Source: Candidatus Woesearchaeota archaeon (lineage in GTDB: Archaea; Nanobdellota; Nanobdellia; Woesearchaeales; JAFGPW01). Taken from it: DNA of 64,000 bases. Positions 9,026 through 15,571 of this stretch are shown one piece after another; position 1 is the stretch's first letter, and every line of letters begins with the position of its first letter. The translations under genes were made by a program, and so were the position numbers. Where the stretch lies: positions 89,047 through 153,046 of the forward strand of contig JAFGPW010000006.1 of assembly GCA_016935985.1 (NCBI GenBank), given 5' to 3'. Below the pieces are notes generated by a model. The model was not told where the DNA came from, did no database searches, and worked only from the letters and a program-made list of their open reading frames with translations.

Positions 9026-10165
9026 ATGACGAAGAGGGTGATAGGAATCCTTACCGGTGGCGGCGACGCCCCAGGCCTCAACAACGCGATAAAGCAGGTT
9101 GTCAACAGCGCTGCCGGCGAGTTCATCATAGAAGGCATCACCGAAGGATGGAAGGGAGCGATCATGATGACGAAGGGGGAGGATCCGCGGGTCTATACCC
9201 TACCGCTCATCACCAATCAGGTCAGGAGGATCGACCGCACCGGAGGGACAATCCTCATGTCGAGCAGGGCGAATCCCTTCAATTATGGGGGAGAGGACCT
9301 GTCCGACAAGGTCGCCGGTTTCCTCAGCGAGCGCTATCATGCCGTGATCGCGCTCGGCGGCGAGGACACGCTCGGCGCAGCGGGAAAGCTCTACGCAAAA
9401 GGGCTCGATATCATAGGCATCCCGAAGACCATCGACAAGGACCTCTGCCAGACGCGCTTCACGCTCGGCTTCGACACCGCGACGAACATCATCAAGGACC
9501 ACGTCATCAGCCTCAAGACCCCTGCCGGCTCGCACGGCGAGGTCTACTTCATCGAGGCGATGGGCAGGAACGCGGGCCACCTCACCTATTGGGGAGGGAT
9601 CGGCGCGAACGCCCATTTCATCACCATCCCCGAGGCTGAGATCGACGCAGAGAGGCTCATCGAGGCGATCGAGCGGCGCAGGGGTTCGCTTGTCAAGAGA
9701 CGCGGCTACTCCCTCGATGGGCTCCGCTACACCATCGTCGTCGTCTCAGAAGGGACGCGCTTTTCGGGAGTCGGCCAGATCACGAAGAAGACGATCGACC
9801 CGCACGGCAACCAGGAGCTCGGCGACGGGCTCGTCGCGCTCTATCTCCAGAGGAAATACAAGGAGCTGACCGGCTGCACGGCGAAGACCGAGGTCATCGG
9901 CCGCAGGCAGCGCGGCGGCTCGCCGAGCGCCTATGACAACCTGCTCGGCATCCTCCTCGGCCAGAAGGGGGTCGATCTCATACGGCATGGGGATTTCGGA
10001 AGGATGGCGACCTTCAACGGCGAGACCGTCGGCGACGTCCCGCTCGAGTCGGTGATCGACAAGATACGCATCCTTGACGCCGACAAGGTCTACGACCCGA
10101 AGAGGTACCGACCGATCATCGCGGCGAACAACCGGCTCTATCATGAGATAGAGGTCAGCAAGTGA
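9026..10165 (+). CDS. pfkA: 6-phosphofructokinase, PFK-A family (ATP- or PPi-dependent)
   Basis: GILTGGGDAPGLN, GGEDTLG and IGIPKTIDKDL motifs. First ATG at 9026; the track start at 8984 is a TTG. Confidence 0.85.
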   Translation: MTKRVIGILTGGGDAPGLNNAIKQVVNSAAGEFIIEGITEGWKGAIMMTKGEDPRVYTLPLITNQVRRIDRTGGTILMSSRANPFNYGGEDLSDKVAGFLSERYHAVIALGGEDTLGAAGKLYAKGLDIIGIPKTIDKDLCQTRFTLGFDTATNIIKDHVISLKTPAGSHGEVYFIEAMGRNAGHLTYWGGIGANAHFITIPEAEIDAERLIEAIERRRGSLVKRRGYSLDGLRYTIVVVSEGTRFSGVGQITKKTIDPHGNQELGDGLVALYLQRKYKELTGCTAKTEVIGRRQRGGSPSAYDNLLGILLGQKGVDLIRHGDFGRMATFNGETVGDVPLESVIDKIRILDADKVYDPKRYRPIIAANNRLYHEIEVSK

Positions 10166-10184
10166 AGGGAGCGGCAGGGGGGAG

Positions 10185-10787
10185 AGGATCATCGAGTTCG
10201 TCTGCACCGCGAACCGCGGCAGGTCGCCGTTCGCCGAGTATTTCGCGAACGAGCATCTCGTGAAGATAGGCGCCGACGGCCTCATCGCGATATCGAGCGG
10301 GTCGCACCCCGACCTCCTCCGCAAGGGATGGATGGCGCCGCCCGACAGGCTCATCATCAGGCGCGCGGTCGAGCGCGAGATCTATGACCCGACCCTGCGG
10401 CCGAAGATAACCGAAGCGACCGTCCTCCATAATGCGGAAGGGACCAGTTCGCTGTATGACATCGCATACGTCCGGTTAAGCGATGAGGAGAAGGACCATC
10501 GGGCATCGATGGAGAAGGAGCTCGATATCGAAGGCAAGCTCAAGACGATCCCAGAGCAGACCGTTGCGCGGCCTGAGACGATCGCGGCGGTCTCCCTGTC
10601 GCCGCGGAATGGGGAGAAGGCGAAGGATATCTATCATGCCGTCTGGCTCGATCCGGCGTCTACCCCCTCGACATCCAGAACACCTTCGGGAGGGTACGCC
10701 GATTACCAGAAGGCGATATTCTCTATGAAGGAGCGCGTCCTGAGGCTCGTCGACCGCATCATTTTCGGATACCGGAAAAACCTTTAA
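10185..10787 (+). CDS. Low-molecular-weight phosphotyrosine phosphatase / ArsC-like family protein (CX5R P-loop); start codon unresolved
   Basis: In-frame upstream extension of track ORF 10260-10787 encodes IIEFVCTANRGRSPFAEYFA (CX5R signature). The frame is open back to a TAG at 10149-10151, but there is no ATG/GTG/TTG upstream of the motif; it begins immediately after the pfkA stop. Confidence 0.45.
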   Translation, partial: RIIEFVCTANRGRSPFAEYFANEHLVKIGADGLIAISSGSHPDLLRKGWMAPPDRLIIRRAVEREIYDPTLRPKITEATVLHNAEGTSSLYDIAYVRLSDEEKDHRASMEKELDIEGKLKTIPEQTVARPETIAAVSLSPRNGEKAKDIYHAVWLDPASTPSTSRTPSGGYADYQKAIFSMKERVLRLVDRIIFGYRKNL

Positions 10788-10812
10788 AAACCTTGACGCC
10801 TACCCTCTGGGC

Positions 10813-12282
10813 ATGGGGGACCGCTGGACCTATCTCTGGAGCACCGACACATCCCTCTATTTCACCTGGATAGAATTCACCAAGCACTCGATATTCCGCA
10901 GGATCGACTACACGAAGCTGCCGGGAAACGAGCATCGGAACGTGCTCTGCTATGCCAAGAACGGCTTCGTCGAGCGCTACGGCCTCGCCGATGAGGTGCG
11001 GCGCGCCGCCGAGCACGGCACCCGCCTCTTCGACAGGCGGACGGCAGAGGACCTGTTCGCCGCAGCGAGGAGAGCCCGTGAGCATCATGACGCCTTCGTC
11101 GCGAAGGTGAGGGGGAAGGAATTTGCGGAGGCTTCGAACGATGAGATCCTCAGGCTCTTCATCGAGCTCGTCGACACCTGGGGCCTGGTCATCAATCACT
11201 TCCGCTTCACGAGGCCCGAGTTCCTCGTCCATCAGGAGACCCTGCTGCGCGAGACGATCAGGAAGGCGCTCGGCGACGAGCGGCTCGAGGAGCGGTTCGC
11301 GCTGCTCACGACGCCTGCCGAGGTCGACCCGATCGGCGAGGAGGAGATCGCGATCCGCAGGCTCGTCCTCGAGGCGATACCGACAGACGAGCGCCTGCTG
11401 GCGCACGCCCTCGACTATCCCTTCCTCTTCCCGAACACCTTCACCCAGGGCGAGGCTCTCCATTACCTGAAGATCAGGGTGCAGCGGCTGGTGCAGGAGG
11501 GCATCGGCACGCTCGAGCGGGAGGCCGATGGGATCGAGGAGCGGAAGCGCGCGCTGCACGAGCGCCAGGAGCGGCTTCTCAAGGATATCGGGGACGACGC
11601 CGCGCGACACCTTTCCTGGCTCTTAAAGGAGTGCGCGCTCGAGCGGCTGCGGCTGGAAGGCTGCTGGGCAGGGATCGAGTACGCCGCGCTCCCGCTCGTG
11701 CGGGAGGCCGCATCGAGGGTCGGCCTCCCCCCAGAGGAGTTCGCGCGGACCTACCGGCTCGAGGAGGTCGAGGCGTTCCTGCGGAAAGGGGCACGGTTGC
11801 CGGCTCTCGAGCTCGAGCTGCGCAAGGCCTATTATCTCGTCAGGCTCAGGGACGGCGTCCTCTCCTTCCATTCAGGCAGGGAAGCGAAGGACCTCGCGAG
11901 GGACGAGCTCGGCCGGCTCATCGGCGATGTGGCAGCCGACGAGGCGGTCGGCGCCTGCGCGAATCCGGGGAAGGCGCAAGGGACGGCACGGCTCGTGCCA
12001 ATCAGGAGCGTCAGCGACATCGTGAACGCGGAGCGCCGCTTCATGCAGGGTGATATCCTCATCACCCAGGCGGTCCAGCCGAACATGATCTTCCTCGCGA
12101 AGAAGGCAGGCGCGATCGTCACCGACGAGGGCGGCGTCGTGTCGCACGCCGCGATGATCGCGCGCGAGCTCGGCATCCCCTGCATCGTCGGGACCGGCAT
12201 CGCGACCAAGGCCTTCAGGGAGGGCGAGACGGTCGAACTCGACGCAGGCAAAGCCACAGTCCGCAGGATTGTGCAGAGTTGA
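10813..12282 (+). CDS. PEP-utilizing-enzyme mobile (swivel phosphohistidine) domain protein with uncharacterised ~370-aa N-terminal domain
   Basis: C-terminus GGVVSHAAMIARELGIPCIVGTGIATKAF matches the PEP-utilizers swivel domain (His carrier). The N-terminal region lacks ATP-grasp/PPDK_N glycine-rich motifs. Confidence 0.65.
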   Translation: MGDRWTYLWSTDTSLYFTWIEFTKHSIFRRIDYTKLPGNEHRNVLCYAKNGFVERYGLADEVRRAAEHGTRLFDRRTAEDLFAAARRAREHHDAFVAKVRGKEFAEASNDEILRLFIELVDTWGLVINHFRFTRPEFLVHQETLLRETIRKALGDERLEERFALLTTPAEVDPIGEEEIAIRRLVLEAIPTDERLLAHALDYPFLFPNTFTQGEALHYLKIRVQRLVQEGIGTLEREADGIEERKRALHERQERLLKDIGDDAARHLSWLLKECALERLRLEGCWAGIEYAALPLVREAASRVGLPPEEFARTYRLEEVEAFLRKGARLPALELELRKAYYLVRLRDGVLSFHSGREAKDLARDELGRLIGDVAADEAVGACANPGKAQGTARLVPIRSVSDIVNAERRFMQGDILITQAVQPNMIFLAKKAGAIVTDEGGVVSHAAMIARELGIPCIVGTGIATKAFREGETVELDAGKATVRRIVQS

Positions 12283-12434
12283 AAGTTTATTCTTAGAGGT
12301 TTCGAGCATCCACTGGACTCTTCGATAACAGCTCAGAATGCGTTTTTCGGCCTGCTGAACCTATGTGATGGGCGCACTGGACACAGGACTCGCTGTTGAG
12401 AGATATATATAGGCGCTCGTCCATCCCCAGGGGC

Positions 12435-12902
12435 ATGAAACAGAGAACTGTGGCCAAGGACATCCCGCTCTCTGAGGTGACGTTCCGAAAGTACGAGCGG
12501 CCGTCGGGGCTGCCGCCGCGGGAGCTCGTGAAGAAGCTCTGCCTGTCGGTCGGGCTGCTCCAGCCCGGCGACTCGCGGGACATCGTGGTGGACGTGCTCC
12601 ACGCGCTCATCATGGCGGAGCGGGAACTCTCGTCTGTCGAGGTCAGAGGCAGTGTCATACGCCTGCGCGAGGACGCGGGGCTCGCCCTCGCCGGAATCGC
12701 CGCCTCGAACATACGTCGGCAGCTCAAGCGCCTGCGCGAAATCTACGTCGTCGAGAAGGTCAAGAACAGCTACCGCATCACCGAGATGGCGCCGATCGGC
12801 GAGGCGTTCGAGGAGAAGGTGGAGCGTTTCCTGCTGCCGTCGATCATGGACAGGGTGAAGGAATACATCGACGCGGTCGACCAGTTGCGGCCGGGCGGCT
12901 GA
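12435..12902 (+). CDS. Hypothetical protein
   Basis: ATG at 12435, ~25 nt downstream of the TATA-like atatatatagg (12405-12415); 155 aa, no recognisable motifs. Confidence 0.4.
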   Translation: MKQRTVAKDIPLSEVTFRKYERPSGLPPRELVKKLCLSVGLLQPGDSRDIVVDVLHALIMAERELSSVEVRGSVIRLREDAGLALAGIAASNIRRQLKRLREIYVVEKVKNSYRITEMAPIGEAFEEKVERFLLPSIMDRVKEYIDAVDQLRPGG

Positions 12903-13310
12903 TCACCTTTTGTAGTGCGCCTCGAATGCGGCGACGATTGCACTCACCGGCACTGGCTTGATGAGGATCTCCTTCACTTTTGCCTCTTCGACATACTTCT
13001 TATAGACACCTTCCTGGGTGGTCATGGCGACTATCGGGATCCCTTTCGCCCTCGTGAAGACCGGATCGGAATACAGCGTGTCGATGATGGTCGTTCCTAC
13101 TCCGGACCTTGCCGGCGGCTCTTTGAAGTTGTAGTCAAGGAAGATCAGGCCGGCATCCTGATGGTTGCTGATCAGTTCGAGTCCTGAGGGCACATCGAAG
13201 GCGGTGAGAACGGTGTGCGGCTTCGCCTTGTAGTGTTGATGCTCAGTGAATATACTATCGAAAAGCCCGGTGATGCCCTTCTCGTCGTCAATCACGAGTA
13301 TTTTTACCAT
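12903..13310 (-). CDS. Stand-alone response regulator receiver (CheY-like REC) domain protein
   Basis: MVKILVIDDEKGITGLF...LIFLDYNF...TGIPIVAMT: phospho-acceptor Asp context and (beta/alpha)5 REC pattern. Confidence 0.7.
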   Translation of the reverse strand: MVKILVIDDEKGITGLFDSIFTEHQHYKAKPHTVLTAFDVPSGLELISNHQDAGLIFLDYNFKEPPARSGVGTTIIDTLYSDPVFTRAKGIPIVAMTTQEGVYKKYVEEAKVKEILIKPVPVSAIVAAFEAHYKR

Positions 13311-13376
13311 GGTGGCAGGAGGAAGGTGCGAACTATATTTAAGGCTTTCTATTTAGTGCCACTTTATAGTGACAAA

Positions 13377-13643
13377 TTAATGGACAGAAGGTGCGGTGGC
13401 ACCTGTCCTCGCCGCGAGAAGGGTCCAGACACCCCAGCCGATCACGATCGAGACCGTGATGACGAAGCCGAGCATGAGGTCAGGGACCGTGAACGAGAGG
13501 AGCTCTGCGTTCCAGGCGTGGTCGATCACGCCGAAGGCGGCGGCGCCGTAGAGGAGCAGTGAGAGCTTGGAGTGGTCCTTCCCGCGCCCGAACAGGCCGG
13601 AATGGAGTATAGCGGTGAGGAGCGGGACGACGTAGCATGCCAT
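13377..13643 (-). CDS. Small membrane protein (2 predicted TM helices)
   Basis: 88 aa, two hydrophobic helices. Confidence 0.4.
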   Translation of the reverse strand: MACYVVPLLTAILHSGLFGRGKDHSKLSLLLYGAAAFGVIDHAWNAELLSFTVPDLMLGFVITVSIVIGWGVWTLLAARTGATAPSVH

Positions 13644-13658
13644 GGGAATCCACCTCTT

Positions 13659-14663
13659 TCAATCCCTCTTTTTATCTCGTTTGATTTCTTTTAGTATGAT
13701 GTTCGGAAAGTAGGAATATTTATAGATTTTGATTGCCTTGTAGTAGAAGAAGGACCTGACCTTTTTAGGGAAGAGTGCGCGAATCTCCTCGATGAGGGCG
13801 TAGAACGCGCTTTGGCTTTCCAGCTCGCAGTCGAACTCGAAGTCGCTCCCTCCAATCGTGACGTCGCGATACAGGATGTGCGGGTGCTCGACGATGAACC
13901 GGTCGAGCGCAGGGATGATGCTCGGATCCTCGAGCAGCAGGTCGACCTTGTAGTATTCGAGACCGAGCTCGTGGAAGTTGATTATCGCCCGGTAGGCGAC
14001 GATAACCTTGGATTTCTCTAGCCGCTTGAGCCGGTATTTGATGGTATTGATGGGCGTGTCAAGGCGTTTCGAAAACTCGACGAGCGATATCCGAGCCTCT
14101 GTTGATATCTCTTTGAGGATCCTGATATCGGTGTCATCATAGTCGAAGATCTCATGGCTTCCTGTCGACAATGCGGTTTGGTCATGGAGCTTCACGTCGA
14201 CGAGGTAATTATGGAAGTACTGGATGAAATCGGAGAAGACGCTGAAATGCTTGTCGATGACATACTCCCGGTATTGTCCGAGAAAGGCCTCGTAGGTCTT
14301 CTGGTATGCGCGGAGATCCTTGACCAGGAGGCCGATAGCGAGCTCATAATGCCCGTCGGTATGGTAGGCGATTATCACCGAGTCCTGGTCCATCAGATAG
14401 TCCAGCATATCCTCCTCAATCTCAGCGGTCGTATTCTGGAGCTTGATGTAGAGGCGGACTAACTGGTAGCCGAGCTTGGTGAAATCGATGAGGGTGATAT
14501 AGCCGGTGATGACTCCCTTTTTTTCCAACTGGGCGATCCGATACCGCACCACATCCCGATTGAGCCGGGTTATCGAGGCAAGCTCGTTGACCGACCGCCT
14601 GCAGTTGCGGTCGAGTTCGAATAGGATACGTTTGTCTTTTTGGTCTATTTTTGTCATTATCAC
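13659..14663 (-). CDS. lrp: Lrp/AsnC-family transcription regulator, tandem duplicated (two HTH_AsnC + RAM modules)
   Basis: Two repeats of the KDxxILxxLxxNxRxSxxELAxxxxLxxxxVxxRIxxLEKxGVI pattern (residues ~5-60 and ~170-225). Confidence 0.8.
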   Translation of the reverse strand: MIMTKIDQKDKRILFELDRNCRRSVNELASITRLNRDVVRYRIAQLEKKGVITGYITLIDFTKLGYQLVRLYIKLQNTTAEIEEDMLDYLMDQDSVIIAYHTDGHYELAIGLLVKDLRAYQKTYEAFLGQYREYVIDKHFSVFSDFIQYFHNYLVDVKLHDQTALSTGSHEIFDYDDTDIRILKEISTEARISLVEFSKRLDTPINTIKYRLKRLEKSKVIVAYRAIINFHELGLEYYKVDLLLEDPSIIPALDRFIVEHPHILYRDVTIGGSDFEFDCELESQSAFYALIEEIRALFPKKVRSFFYYKAIKIYKYSYFPNIILKEIKRDKKRD

Positions 14664-14757
14664 TTAATAAATAAAGATACTATTTAAATATTTCGCAATA
14701 TTAAGTAAAAATTAATGATAAAATATATATTTCTATAAGTCTCTATATAGTAGTAAT
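14664..14757. promoter_or_regulatory. AT-rich divergent promoter/operator region between lrp and the alaE-like gene
   Basis: ~95 nt of >80% AT (taaataaagatactatttaaatatt...ataaaatatatatttctataag) in a ~63% GC genome; multiple TATA-like elements on both strands. Confidence 0.5.
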
Positions 14758-15282
14758 ATGTTGGACGACCTGATACATAGGATCCATGAAAAATATGCTT
14801 TGGTAAGGAACGCGCTTCACGACAAAGAATCCCGCACTTACACCGGCCTGATCGACACCCTGGGAAATGTAACATTTTCCCTCGCAGTCGGCAGCCTCCT
14901 CGACTATTCTTCGGGTCTGGACTGGCGGGGGATTGTAGGGTCAAGGGCTTCAGCGAGCGCGCTCAACACGACCACGGGCGGTCTCTACGGCGGCTGGAGG
15001 GACTACATATTCAGAATCACAAGGACGACCGAGAAGAGCCATTGGCTCAGGAACCGTGGCGCCGACCTGCTCGCGTTCAACACATTCCAGGTGCCGGTCT
15101 ACGCAGTCGCCCTCAGCGTCGGCAGTCTCGTCCAGGAAGGCGAGTTCGATTATTATAAGGTGCTTGAGGGCTGCAAGAACCTCGCCGTTATCTCGCCGCT
15201 CATCGCGCCGACCATGGGCATGTATATGAATCGCGTGAGGAAGTGGTTCGGCGTCAGCACGCCTGAGCAACGGGCAGAATGA
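14758..15282 (+). CDS. AlaE-like L-alanine exporter family membrane protein
   Basis: RDYIFRITR...WLRNRGADLLAFNTFQVPVYAVALSVG aligns by eye with E. coli AlaE (YgaW) RDLFMRAARK...WIKNLADILAYVTFQSPVYVAIL. Confidence 0.55.
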   Translation: MLDDLIHRIHEKYALVRNALHDKESRTYTGLIDTLGNVTFSLAVGSLLDYSSGLDWRGIVGSRASASALNTTTGGLYGGWRDYIFRITRTTEKSHWLRNRGADLLAFNTFQVPVYAVALSVGSLVQEGEFDYYKVLEGCKNLAVISPLIAPTMGMYMNRVRKWFGVSTPEQRAE

Positions 15283-15435
15283 TCACTTCAGGACATGGCC
15301 GCAGGTGTTGCAGACATGGGCCATCTTCTCCTCGTCGAAGGTGGTCGTGATGCCGTACTCTATCTTGGACTCGCACTTCGGGCAATGGGGCTCCAAGTGC
15401 TGCACAGAGTTGAAGAAATTGAACTCCCCGACCAT
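15283..15435 (-). CDS. Small zinc-ribbon protein (50 aa; CPKC...CNTC)
   Basis: Manual translation: MVGEFNFFNSVQHLEPHCPKCESKIEYGITTTFDEEKMAHVCNTCGHVLK*. Below the track's size cut-off; replaces the shadow ORFs 15254-15523(-) and 15295-15498(+). Confidence 0.45.
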   Translation of the reverse strand: MVGEFNFFNSVQHLEPHCPKCESKIEYGITTTFDEEKMAHVCNTCGHVLK

Positions 15436-15537
15436 GTCTCCGAACCCATAGACTATCCACTATATCGTTTAGTAAGGAAAAGGGGGATTCAAGTATAAAT
15501 ACTTTTCGGAAAAAAAACCGCACGAGCCACCCACGGT

Positions 15538-15550
15538 AGTTTTATATACG
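15538..15550 (+). promoter_or_regulatory. TATA box (gttttatatacg) upstream of the polB-like gene
   Basis: Located ~25 nt upstream of ATG 15572. Confidence 0.45.
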
Positions 15551-15571
15551 CAGCCAGCCACCCATCCCTCG

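Noticed and set aside
10759-11610. 283-aa minus-strand ORF
   Set aside because: Antisense to the PEP-swivel domain gene, which has a clear conserved C-terminal motif.
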